Assembly (NCBI GenBank): GCA_965205505.1
Contig: CBDBHB010000007.1
Coordinates: 576,001-640,000, forward strand
Direction: 5' to 3'
Length of the DNA stretch: 64,000 nt
From: Acidobacteriota bacterium
GTDB taxonomy: Bacteria > Acidobacteriota > UBA890 > WLXD01
Positions 54,901 through 63,315 of the stretch are shown here, piece by piece. The stretch's first letter is position 1. Each line of letters opens with the position of its first letter. Made by a program: the position numbers and the translations under genes. Below the pieces are notes generated by a model. That model was not told where the DNA came from. It did not search any database and was given only the letters and a program-made list of their open reading frames with translations.

Positions 54901-55121
54901 TGGAGGTACTCGGCAAGCTCGTGAAGAAAGTCCTTGCTGCGCCCCTCCACCATGCCGAGATACGAGCGGGCGAATTCTTTACCGCCAGGAACAACGACGC
55001 CCTCCTGCGCGGCAACCGTCTCCTGGGGAGCAACCGAACCGTAAAGGTCCAGTGCCGGGATACCGCTGACCAGCAGCGCAGCAAGGGCGTCGACCCACAA
55101 CTGCCGGCTCCCCAACTTCAC
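51918..55121 (-). CDS. Large secreted hypothetical protein (about 1067 aa)
   Basis: Long ORF, GTGA overlap with the VWA gene, N-terminal hydrophobic stretch; no recognised motif. Confidence 0.75.
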   Translation of the reverse strand: MKLGSRQLWVDALAALLVSGIPALDLYGSVAPQETVAAQEGVVVPGGKEFARSYLGMVEGRSKDFLHELAEYLQEPGMRTRALRLDKAIDELLDYEKLQQQLRRKHGSEPPSFAHPDASAYAKARDLVGWFGVRPVERDGPLNLELRGGDSQKLRREVFAHLGYDIPELIPLWASGEPIHMPVPEDTATVMFGGGAWKQEVFDKQLTPTELFREFLRDNEARWVMLGYARLEPDTRDLFRATMGLREPYRDRRLSSVFAELAHYLRSHDGALVLPGESRLAWTKILGSWNSPSDLVRRLVDRDDGRALHLWRALSLVPPRRARFLLTLGATDRESTERWASDLYGSIRIPGRQQALRWRGDLADLFLQLRLRPDGEGISWRGGGKAWIAALRSDRVVSDSAALDEELRDERVREAADYGPAVDGEILRRLAQGFEGSELQQGTHAIERFVAIQAAFRYQPAAATPRTVTLLYRNYDRLAQAYGFLVGPTPIQADSVERVIYFLGRAESAPDGRQREAAARQAQATLLILKRLLDNGRVPAEQRHEVLGQLFDLPLDQEAGGFGRGLADWWRQTLLPAIGHEGNFADAESLSQSLVTALADRAPAAEVTVDGIQLRFSTSDMWVPRIHDSLQMQRLAPFGHVVELDAIAAEYGDKSSAELGQLGNEIEARVRPVWNALRDSVATAIYEGDGDDEVPLPLKREDLPDQVGRLLRDAGRNENRPEYFADVRKHLTSWFTDSLVAVAYAIHINDPRGLYFDDRQPAWLHRLGPLQESPRSTGPWLHTREVRDQASGLRLQNSLLGIPGHLGRWALRVQTLQGGVSFAAGSAAESWSEAVFAVHPAALSAPSLKALTARLERAAEWVEAAAAVSDPALPAPWLESAHDVPTLEGMLNLLHRPPDAWRLRQDIAAGDARSALEGMTPGDRYLLAWGAEDLADAIDPAQRWEADNLVGLPYWRGEGTLGVTHPSLVPKGEAADAVTDGLLYARVLGIRVELARGLAENGYPAALAAPLLLPAMGAALQAIDPDTATIWDEIAIAVPNVVTPEAVRNWVLELAFNEDLIPAGTAF

Positions 55122-56332
55122 CGTCCCCCGTCGTCGCCCACGGCGACGTAGCCCAGCTTGTGAAGGAGCGTCAAACGACGACGCTCCGGCACTTCGACCG
55201 TCAGCTCGTGCCACCCCGACGACCGGATATCGGATATGAAGGAAACGAAGTACATGGCCCGCATGCGCCTGGCTATCTGCGCGAAGATCGGGGAAAGGTG
55301 ATCCGCGCGGGGCACGAAGAACGCCTCACCCCCCGTAGAGCGAGCAATCTCGCGCAGCGTGGCACGCAGCTCGTCGCTCTCGAGCGCCTCACCGTGCCCC
55401 ACTGCGAAGATCGTAGCGCCCACTTCTCGAACCCGATCGATGACGCGGCTCATCGGGTTGACGCTGTCTTGATCCCAACCGTCCGAGAGAATCACCATGG
55501 CCGGCCGGGTCGGCGATACGGTGGCGGTCTCGAAGCTCTGCAGCGCGAGCAGAATCGCGTCGTAAAGCGCCGTGCCGCCACCAGCCTCCAGAGAGGCTGC
55601 GCTGGCGCGGATCACATCACGGTCTTGGGTGAAATCGACCAGCTGGTTGATGTGGTCGTTGAATGCCACCAGCTTCAACTGGTCCCGGGCATCGAGCCTG
55701 CTCAGGAGCTGATCGAGCGCCTGACGCGCCATCTCCATACGGCCATCCATGCTGCCGCTGTGATCCAGAAGAACCAGAGCCCGGAGTGGAATGTTCTCGC
55801 GCCCGAACCCCAGAATCTCCTGGGGGCGGCCGTTGTCGCGAACGATGACCTCGTGCCGCTGCAGGTCGAGAATCCGTCGCTTCCAGCTGTCGAAAACGCC
55901 GATATTCAGTGTGACTGCCTGGCTATCGGAGTGAAACAACGGGACTTCGTTGGCTCCTCCAACCAGCACCTCTTCAGATGCTTGGTGGCCGTGCTCGTCG
56001 CGAGCTGTGACCCGCACGCTAACCGTAGAGTCACTGGCCCGCGGAGGCATATCCCACCGGTACGGCGGCCCCGCAAGTGATTCCAGCGGTATCCCGTCGA
56101 CAAACGCCGTGACCGCTACAACCGGGCCGTCGCCGGCACGGACCAGCACCTGGATGCGGCCCACCGACTCAGGGTCGTCAGCGGTCCTCGGAGTCACGAT
56201 GCGGATCTGCGGCTCTTGCGCCGACGCTTGTCCCAGCACAAGCGCCGGAGTGGCCGCGATCAGAACCAGCAGGAGCGACTCGGGCACCCTAGTTCGCTTC
56301 AGCCAGGGGAAACGGCAACGTTTCATTCTCAT
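55118..56332 (-). CDS. Secreted Ig-like plus VWA domain protein (acidobacterial VWFA type)
   Basis: LLDHSGSM MIDAS, GGTALYDAI, LSDGWD and TGGEAFF motifs. Confidence 0.87.
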   Translation of the reverse strand: MRMKRCRFPWLKRTRVPESLLLVLIAATPALVLGQASAQEPQIRIVTPRTADDPESVGRIQVLVRAGDGPVVAVTAFVDGIPLESLAGPPYRWDMPPRASDSTVSVRVTARDEHGHQASEEVLVGGANEVPLFHSDSQAVTLNIGVFDSWKRRILDLQRHEVIVRDNGRPQEILGFGRENIPLRALVLLDHSGSMDGRMEMARQALDQLLSRLDARDQLKLVAFNDHINQLVDFTQDRDVIRASAASLEAGGGTALYDAILLALQSFETATVSPTRPAMVILSDGWDQDSVNPMSRVIDRVREVGATIFAVGHGEALESDELRATLREIARSTGGEAFFVPRADHLSPIFAQIARRMRAMYFVSFISDIRSSGWHELTVEVPERRRLTLLHKLGYVAVGDDGGR

Positions 56333-56673
56333 GGGTCGTACGGAAGCACCATCCTCGAAGTCACGCCCAGGGTAGCGACAAGGACCAGTATCGCCAGCAA
56401 CGTGTGCCTGCATCATTGTGGGGCTCCTGGCTCCCGGTTGCCTGAGCCGAACATGAAGAATGCCTGAAGTTTTCATCAGGACAGGTTACTGGACGCTTCT
56501 GCGTCGCTCATTTGATCTCTTATGCCACAAACCGCGCCAAAAGGGCTCAGTTGAGCGCAGATAGCTCGAGCTAGTCCTCAACGACCCGGGGCGGAAGCCG
56601 GCCGTTTGGTGACCCCGCCGCAGTGGGGCAAGCACGAACAGCCTTCACTTCTCGTGGTCCCCCGATACGTCTA

Positions 56674-56703
56674 GCCCGCCACACTCTCACCACGGCCTGC
56701 TAG
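56674..56703 (-). repeat. Solo terminal repeat of the MITE family
   Basis: cccgccacactctcaccacggcctgctag matches the MITE IR; its CTAG contains the stop of the adjacent gene. Confidence 0.7.
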
Positions 56704-58656
56704 CTTCTCTCGACAAGATCCGTCTTGACGCTCCCGTTTCCGCTGGCCTTGCGGAAATAGGGTCCCCAGCGCTTGCGAATCGTATCGACCTTGTCGATGG
56801 ATGCCTGCGAGGGTGGCTCTCCCTCGCGACCCACGACGATAAAGGCCATCTTGAAACGCTTTGGGGCGTCCTTGCTGCTCGGCACCCGCTCGCCCTCGAT
56901 GGCGATGATGTCGTCGATGCTGAGGTCCAGCCGGGTGCCCTCGAAGGTGAGATTGAGCCCGCTGCTAGTATGAAGCGCCGTCAAGCCCGTGCCCGAGACT
57001 ACGGTGACCAGGGAAATGTCGCCCACCTGTTGAGCCGGGATCAAACCCATGAGGTATCGATCCAGACGGTTGTAGCGGTCGTTGGCGGCGATCGTGGTGA
57101 AACAACCATCGCCGTTGTCGCGTAGATCGAAGCCACCCATGACCGAGGCGTCCGAATCGAGGAACGCCGGCACGCCATTGGTGAGCTGGAGGGCCGTGGG
57201 GGAGTTCCAGTGAGTAGCATCTGCGATTGCCGCGGGTCCGGTGCCGGCGGCGAACTGGCCGTCATCCACTCCCCTGAGGAGGTCGTTCGCATTGCCCTCC
57301 GCATCCCGGAAGCGCACGTAGCTCAGCCAGCGATGGCCTACTGCGTGGGCCACCGCATCCCAGGTGTTGCTGTTGCGGCATTTACAGGCATCAGGTAACG
57401 CCCCGACGAGGCCCCCGTCGTCGGTGACATCCTCCGCTGGATCGAGCGAGTAGTTGGCCAGCGTCCCCATCTGTGCGTAACTCCTCAGATTGCCATCGCT
57501 ACCGTAGGCCGCCGAGAGGTCGTGGAGGTCGCGACCGATGCCTTGCACCGCGTTGCTAGGCATGAGCGCGTAGGAGAGGCCGGCGAAGGAGAAATACAGC
57601 CAGACAATGAGCTGGTCGTAGACATCCGCAAAGCGGCTGTAAAAGGCTTGGGCGACCGCCTGATCGTCCAGTACGGGGAATTGGTTGAAGCGCTCCAGGA
57701 GCGCCGTGGTAGTCGTAGCGACCGGTAGGTCCGCCGTGAAGTCGAGCAACTGCAGCTCGCCTCCGCCGCCGGGCGCCACACCGACCACCGCAGATCTGTG
57801 TAGGTGCGCCCCCTGACTGACTAACGCACCACTTCCTACTTGAGTATCCAGCAGGGCCAGCTCCCCGTAGGCGATGAGGATTCGACCGTTCTTGAACAAG
57901 GTGACTTGGAAGGTGTTTTCGTTGGCACGCGTGCCGGGCGCGTCGCCAAACCCAGTAAGGCCGCCGATGTCCCCCAAGGAGCCCCACTGCGGGACCCTCA
58001 ACCAGGTGATCTGGAGGCTCTTAGGGGTAAGCTTCGCGTAGACCCCAGCGGAGCCGATCGCCTCGTTCGGATCGAGCTTGAAGAACAGCGGTGCGATTCG
58101 CGGCGGGCCGGTGAGCACCCGCGCCACGCTGCTGGTATCCAAGGAGACAGTGTCGGGCTGGGTGAAGGTCAGGTTGCCGTCCGTGTTGACGTACACACCG
58201 TCGTAGTTGGTGCCAAAGAAGGGGAACTCGAAGCGCACCGGGAACTCCACGAAGACGCTTGTACCAAGCCCCATGTCGAGCTTCGAACCGAGACTCTTCT
58301 TGATCGGCACGGAGCTCTTAATGGTGGCCCGGAGGCCGTCCTTGCGGCGCTTGAAGTCGATGCCGCGCCCGGCGAGATCGACACGGTTAGGCGGGATCAT
58401 GAGGGTACCGTCATCCTCGATCACCGCCACGTCGCCACTTCGGGTCACCGTCGGAGCTGTGTGAAGGCTCCGGCGGCTTTGCCGCCGTGCCCAGGTGGCC
58501 AAACCACCGTCCCCGGAAAAGCCTCCGGCCCCATTCCCCGCCACGGTGCTGTTGTTTCCAACCGCGGCCAACGCCGGGACGACAAGAATCAGCAATGGGC
58601 CTCCCCCGATTTCCCGGACACCTTTGGAAGCCCGATAATGGGCTCGGAGGTGAAGC

Positions 58657-58950
58657 ATGGGGTCACGACGGCGGTACAGTCGCGAGTTCAAGATTGAGGC
58701 AGTGAGGATGGTGACGCAGCTGGGCCATCCGGTGTCTGAGGTGGCCCGGGATCTGGGTGTTGGCCGCGGCATGTTGACCAAGTGGCGCAAACAGCTCCAG
58801 GAGCAGGGGGTCACGGCGTTTCCGGGCGCGGGGAAGATGCCCGACCAGGACCTGGACGGGCAACAGCTACGGCGGCACCTGCGGCGAGTACGGCAGGAGC
58901 GCGACATTCTAAAAAAAGCGTTGGCGATCTTCTCGGAACGCCCGCGATGA
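58657..58950 (+). CDS. IS3 transposase OrfA
   Basis: RRYSREFKIEAVR..VARDLGV..ERDILKKA. Confidence 0.9.
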   Translation: MGSRRRYSREFKIEAVRMVTQLGHPVSEVARDLGVGRGMLTKWRKQLQEQGVTAFPGAGKMPDQDLDGQQLRRHLRRVRQERDILKKALAIFSERPR

Positions 58951-59942
58951 AGTACCCGATCATCAAGCAACTGTCCGGCAAGTTCCCGGTGCGGCGGTTG
59001 TGCAAGATGCTCGAGGTGTCTCACGGCGGTTACTACGAGTGGCGAGGAAGGGGGCCGAGCCCGAGAGCGCGAGAAGATCGCCGTCTACGTGTGCAGATCA
59101 GAGCTGCATTCCGAGAGAGCCGCGACCGTTACGGAAGTCCGCGCATCCACAAGCAACTTCGGCAACGAGGGATCCGCTGCTCTCGCAAGCGGGTAGCTCG
59201 GCTGATGCGCCAGGAAGGACTTCGAGCTCGCCAACCCCGTCGGTTCCGGGTGACAACACGGCCCACACCTGGCCGGTCAGCGGCGCCCAACGTGCTGGCA
59301 CGGCGCTTCACGGTGGATGCCGTGGACAGCGTCTGGGTGGGCGACCTGACATACCTGTGGACGCAGGAAGGATGGCTATACCTGGCCGTGCTGATGGATC
59401 TGTGCTCGCGACGGATCATCGGCTGGGCGGTGAGCGAGACGATGACGGACGATTTGACGCTGGCGGTCCTGGATCAGGCCTTGGAGCAACGCCGTCCCGG
59501 TTCCGGAGTGCTCCATCACAGCGACCGCGGCAGCCAGTACAGCAGCGACGATTACCTAGACAAGCTGCGTGACCGTGGCTTCACCATCAGCATGAGCAGG
59601 AAAGGAGACTGCTGGGATAACGCGCCGATGGAGAGTTTCTTCTCTACCCTGAAGTTCCAACTCGGTGGCTGCTTCAGTTCCCGGGCGGCGGCCCGAGCCG
59701 AGTTGTTCCACTACATCGAAGTGTTCTACAACCGGGCTCGCATGCACACCTCGATCGGAGACCAGAGTCCGGCTCAGTTCGAGGCGGCAATGCGGCGGCC
59801 AGGCCAGAGCGGCCAATCAGCTGTGGAAGCTGACGCGCCCGTGGAAATCGACTCCCGATTTCCACCGTCGCTTGGACAACGCTCCGCGTTGCCAACAGCT
59901 CCCACAGCCGCTAATACGACTACGACAATGGATCTTAACTAA
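58947..59942 (+). CDS. IS3 transposase OrfB (DDE)
   Basis: YGSPRI, WVGDLTY, HSDRGSQY and CWDNAPMESFFSTLK motifs. Confidence 0.9.
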   Translation: MKYPIIKQLSGKFPVRRLCKMLEVSHGGYYEWRGRGPSPRAREDRRLRVQIRAAFRESRDRYGSPRIHKQLRQRGIRCSRKRVARLMRQEGLRARQPRRFRVTTRPTPGRSAAPNVLARRFTVDAVDSVWVGDLTYLWTQEGWLYLAVLMDLCSRRIIGWAVSETMTDDLTLAVLDQALEQRRPGSGVLHHSDRGSQYSSDDYLDKLRDRGFTISMSRKGDCWDNAPMESFFSTLKFQLGGCFSSRAAARAELFHYIEVFYNRARMHTSIGDQSPAQFEAAMRRPGQSGQSAVEADAPVEIDSRFPPSLGQRSALPTAPTAANTTTTMDLN

Positions 59943-60154
59943 GTGTCCGGGAAAGCGGGGCAAGGTCACAACGCGAGCGGCGCCAGTAGCCACGCGATCC
60001 CTGGCGTGCGGCGTTTCAAGAAGTCCATCGCGGCCAGCAGGGTGAGGCCGATTCGGGTTCTCACCATGGCAACGTTCCTCCTGAAACGCGTTGGGACATG
60101 TTGCCACGTTAGCGGGGCTCCTGGCCCGGCGGATCAAGCTGAGCTCAAGCGTAT

Positions 60155-60236
60155 CCATCGCCTTCTCCTCTCTCCTTGCCTCCACTTCGCAAGACCCTGT
60201 CGCCAGACCCACCACACTTTCACCACGGCCTGCTAG
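60155..60236 (-). repeat. Partial MITE copy (left about 82 bp of 4570-4848, inverted)
   Basis: Reverse complement aligns to 4570-4651; its CTAG contains the PIN gene stop. Confidence 0.85.
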
Positions 60237-60628
60237 CGCGACTCGAGGTAAGCTCCCAAGCGCACGATCCGGACTCCCTCGTAGTCGCTGAGTCCGAGCA
60301 TCTCTTTGTCGCCGGTGACGATCAGCTCCGCCCCACCGTCCAGGGCGCATTCGAGGATACGGTTGTCAGCTTCGTCTGCGAGCATGGTGATCGAGACTTG
60401 CGGCTCGATAACCTCGGCGATCCCGGCTACGAACACCGCCACGCGAGCCAGCTCTTCGCGATCGCGGGCGAACTTACCCGCCAGCACCCCGAGAAGCTCG
60501 CCGACGATTGCTCGCGACACCAGGAGATGATCGTGCCCATCGATGACCCGCTGTATCGTCCGCTCGCCATGGCCGCCAGGAAACACGAGCGCCGATACGA
60601 AGACGTTCGTATCGAAGACGACCCTCAT
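60233..60628 (-). CDS. PIN-domain toxin
   Basis: MRVVFDTNVFVSAL and DEADNRILECA..IVTGDKE motifs. Confidence 0.9.
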   Translation of the reverse strand: MRVVFDTNVFVSALVFPGGHGERTIQRVIDGHDHLLVSRAIVGELLGVLAGKFARDREELARVAVFVAGIAEVIEPQVSITMLADEADNRILECALDGGAELIVTGDKEMLGLSDYEGVRIVRLGAYLESR

Positions 60629-60861
60629 TCGGCGAGGTAGCGGTCAAGATCGTTCTCGCCGACGATGCCGGCGTCGCGTGCCTTTCGGCTCCAGAACGCC
60701 TGCACCTCACGCAGCTCGGACCGGGTGCGCTGGACCCGAGCGATACGCAGTGCCTCTTGCACGATGGCGCTGAAGCTCTTGCCCTCGGCGCGGGCGATCT
60801 CTCCGGTCTCGCGGGCGAGATCTTCAGGCAACGAGATGGTTCGTTTGACGGCGGTACCCAT
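60625..60861 (-). CDS. Ribbon-helix-helix antitoxin
   Basis: KRTISLPEDL..EGKSFSAIVQEAL; ATGA overlap with the toxin. Confidence 0.85.
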   Translation of the reverse strand: MGTAVKRTISLPEDLARETGEIARAEGKSFSAIVQEALRIARVQRTRSELREVQAFWSRKARDAGIVGENDLDRYLAE

Positions 60862-60927
60862 CGGCAAAGAGCCTTCTTTTTGAGTGAGTATGAAGCAATC
60901 ATACCACGGCAAAGCTCGTTTCTGAGC

Positions 60928-61045
60928 CTCGTTACACGGTCGGTGCCGCCAAACCTCCGCGTCGCCACGGCGTCCTGTTTGGCCTGCTCGCTAACGTGGG
61001 AGTATCGGCGGGTCATCTCGAGGGACCGCTGACGCAGTGACCACC
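60928..61045 (-). pseudogene. Tyrosine integrase C-terminal remnant
   Basis: SLEMTRRYSHVSEQAKQDAV is a catalytic-Tyr box; followed by the motif shared with 32401-32416. Confidence 0.6.
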
Positions 61046-61132
61046 TTTCTGAAGTGATGACTGTCGTCGTGTGCCGGTCAGGGTAGCCTCGGCGGCACCG
61101 TAGGCAATGCCCGTCTCCCGCTCCTCGAGCGC

Positions 61133-61397
61133 CTAGCTCTTCTCGACAAGATTCGTCTTGACCGTCCCGTTTCCGCTGGCCTCGCGGAAATAGGGTCCCC
61201 AGCGCTTGCGAATCGCGTTGACCTTGTCGATCGATGCTTGCGAGGGTGGCGCTCCCTCATGGCCCACGACGACAAAGGCCATCTTGAAGCGCTTGGGGGC
61301 GTCCTTGCTGCTCGGCACCCGCTCACCCTCGATGGCGATGATGTCGTCGACGCTGAGGTCTAGCCGGGTGCAGCGATGGCCTACTGCGTGTGTCAGC
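61133..61397 (-). pseudogene. Internally deleted 3' fragment of a paralog of 56700-60067
   Basis: Aligns to 56700-56937, then jumps to about 57328 (HAVGHR). Confidence 0.85.
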
Positions 61398-61504
61398 ATT
61401 GGCACTGTCGACGCTGGGCCATGGTTTGCGGCAAGTGTGCGACAGGTGGCTGAGCCAGGCGTGACAGTGACCGGGTCACGAAACGGCGTGTGTATACTCC
61501 GGCC

Positions 61505-61726
61505 ATGCGCGATCCTGTGAAGGTCCAGCCGCACCGCGCACACTACCTGCGCACACTTGCCGCGATGTCGCCCGAGCAGCGGCTGGAGAAGGCATTCGAG
61601 CTATCCACGTGGAGCCGAGAGCTGTTCATGGCAGGTCTGCGGGACCGATTCCCGGAGTTGGAGCCGGACCAGCTTCGTGCCCTGTACGTGAAGCGATTGT
61701 CGCGGTGTCACAACAGAGACTGCTGA
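61505..61726 (+). CDS. Small protein typical of nucleotidyltransferase-associated TA-like pairs
   Basis: AMSPEQRLEKAFELS..GLRDRFPE pattern; overlaps the next gene. Confidence 0.65.
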   Translation: MRDPVKVQPHRAHYLRTLAAMSPEQRLEKAFELSTWSRELFMAGLRDRFPELEPDQLRALYVKRLSRCHNRDC

Positions 61727-62274
61727 TCCGCGTACTCGGGGCCCTCGATCTCGTCGGTGTTGCGTACATGGTCACCGGGTCAACCGCCTCCAGCATCCAG
61801 GGCGAACCGAGGTCAACGCACGACATCGACATCGTGGTTGATCTCGGGGAAGGTGCGGTCGCGGCGCTCGTGGCGAGTTTCCCGGAGCCTGACTTCTACG
61901 TGAACGAGGACACCGTTGTCGGTGCCATCAAGACGAGCTCGATGTTCAATCTCCTCGATCTCACTTCGGGCGACAAAGTCGATTTCTGGCTGCTGACCGA
62001 TCAACCCTTCGACCGGTCGCGTTTCGATCGTCGGGTGGAGGTCGAACTGTTCGGCATGAGCGTGTTCGTATCGAGTCCGGAGGACACGATCTTGCAGAAG
62101 CTGCTCTGGTCACGGCTCTCGGGAGGCAGTGATCGTCAAGAACTCGACGCGCTGGCCGTGTACGAACTGCAATTCTCCCGACTCGACCAGTCTTACCTGG
62201 ATGTATGGGCCGGGCGTCTGGAAGTGAGTGCTCGGCTGGAGGACGTGCGGGCTCGAGCGGAACCGTTGGAGTGA
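61705..62274 (+). CDS. Nucleotidyltransferase-like protein (DUF6036/AbiEii-like)
   Basis: YMVTGSTASSIQGEPRSTHDIDIVV (GS..DxD) and SPEDTILQKL motifs. Confidence 0.8.
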   Translation: MSQQRLLIRVLGALDLVGVAYMVTGSTASSIQGEPRSTHDIDIVVDLGEGAVAALVASFPEPDFYVNEDTVVGAIKTSSMFNLLDLTSGDKVDFWLLTDQPFDRSRFDRRVEVELFGMSVFVSSPEDTILQKLLWSRLSGGSDRQELDALAVYELQFSRLDQSYLDVWAGRLEVSARLEDVRARAEPLE

Positions 62275-62398
62275 ACGGGCGCGGCAGGAATGAGCCGGCG
62301 GCTGCCACCGTGTATTCCGAGTACTGGGTACTCATTGGATCGTCTGCGACGAAACCTCTCACCTGAATGGGCAGGTAGCGTCCGCTCTCGTGTCGGGC

Positions 62399-62436
62399 CT
62401 AGCTCCTCTCCACGAGATTCGTCTTGACGCTCCCGT
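62399..62436 (-). pseudogene. 38-bp 3' end of another paralog of 56700-60067
   Basis: Encodes GSVKTNLVERS*. Confidence 0.65.
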
Positions 62437-62746
62437 AAGCTGGGGCGCGCTGCCGCAGCCGCTCAATGAGACGGCGCGTGTGAGCTTGGAGCCGAGGGGC
62501 AGCCGCAACGGGCCTGCCCTCCACCAGTTCGACCTGCGACTGCAAAAGTCGTTCGACCTCAGCGCACCGCGGGCCGCCAGACTCGAGCTCATCCTCGACG
62601 TGTTCAACCTCTTCAACAGCGACTCCGGGAACAGCCAGGTAAGCAACTGCCTGGACTGCACATTCCGCGGCGAGCCGGCCTTCGGTCTACCCCGCTGGAT
62701 CATTGCACCGCGCCAGGCCCAGCTTGGGGTCAGGATGGTTTTCTGA
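62437..62746 (+). pseudogene. TonB-dependent receptor C-terminal fragment, paralog of 40004-41860
   Basis: LPQPLNE..LEPRG..QFDLRLQKSFDL..PRQAQLGVRMVF. Confidence 0.8.
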
Positions 62747-62961
62747 GCAACCAGGGCAGCTGATGGGTCAGTGGTGCCAGGTTCGAGTTCTCCAGATTGA
62801 TCGTAAGCGGGTTATGAGAAATCGATGGAGCAAGACATACGCGCATACCTGACCGAGATCGGCCGCCGTGGCGGTCGCAAGAGTCGGCGTACGCTGGACT
62901 CCGTGGCCTTCTCATCCCATCTGGTTAGACAGCAACTGATCCTCAGCGCTAACCTCTAGGC

Positions 62962-63159
62962 ATGAAGTACAAGGTCGTACTGTAGGAATCAGAAGAGGGC
63001 GTTAGCGTTTCCGTTCCCGGGCTCCCCGGGTGTTGGTCGCAAGGAGCCGACGAGAGTGAGGCGCTAGACAACATCAAGATCGCCGTCCGCGAGTATCTGC
63101 AGGTTGTCGCGGATCTGACCAAAGACGCCGACGTTCGAGAGATCGAGATCGCCGTCTAG
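62962..63159 (+). pseudogene. hicB: HicB-family antitoxin with in-frame TAG at codon 8
   Basis: MKYKVVL*ESEEGVSVSVPGLPGCWSQGADESEALDNIKIAVREYL. Confidence 0.8.
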
Positions 63160-63162
63160 CTG

Positions 63163-63270
63163 ATGCCCAAGATCCCCGGCATCAATCACAAGCGCGCGAT
63201 CCGGGCACTGCAGAAGGCCGGCTTCCGCGTCGCACGCGACAGCAAGCACATCATCATGACCCCGGGTTGA
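63163..63270 (+). pseudogene. hicA: HicA-family toxin, truncated
   Basis: MPKIPGINHKRAIRALQKAGF..SKHIIMT then a premature stop. Confidence 0.75.
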
Positions 63271-63315
63271 AGATCCAGCGGCTACGGATCGATGTAAGCG
63301 CGGATGGGGATGACG

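Larger units (their letters stand above)
58596..59968 (+). mobile_element. IS3-family insertion sequence, 1373 bp, 3-bp CAA target duplication
   Basis: IRs tgggcctcccccgatttcccggacac / gtgtccgggaaagcggggcaaggtca; CAA at 58593-58595 and 59969-59971; A7G frameshift motif near 58911. Confidence 0.93.
56700..60067 (-). pseudogene. Secreted nidogen-like/zincin-like protein (about 663 aa) interrupted by IS3
   Basis: Removing 58596-59968 and one CAA copy rejoins MVRTRIGL..APLAL/LILVVPALAA in frame; RBS aggagg; FPFFGTNY..VNTDGNLTF and IAPLF NIDO-like motifs. Confidence 0.8.

Noticed and set aside
56575-56635. IS200/IS605 or omegaRNA-like end (caacgacccgggg..aagccggccgtttg)
   Set aside because: The hairpin is poorly paired and no tnpA, tnpB or iscB gene is nearby.
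58596-59024. N-terminus of the 774-aa ORF 56700..59024
   Set aside because: It is antisense IS3 sequence; the real start is at 60067 beyond the IS.
56700-61397. Repeated 3' gene ends as DGR template/variable repeats
   Set aside because: Differences are not adenine-specific, look like ordinary paralog divergence, and no reverse transcriptase is present.
9305-63159. Amber recoding or pyrrolysine use
   Set aside because: TAG is the true stop of many genes here, and the internal TAGs align to different expected residues.
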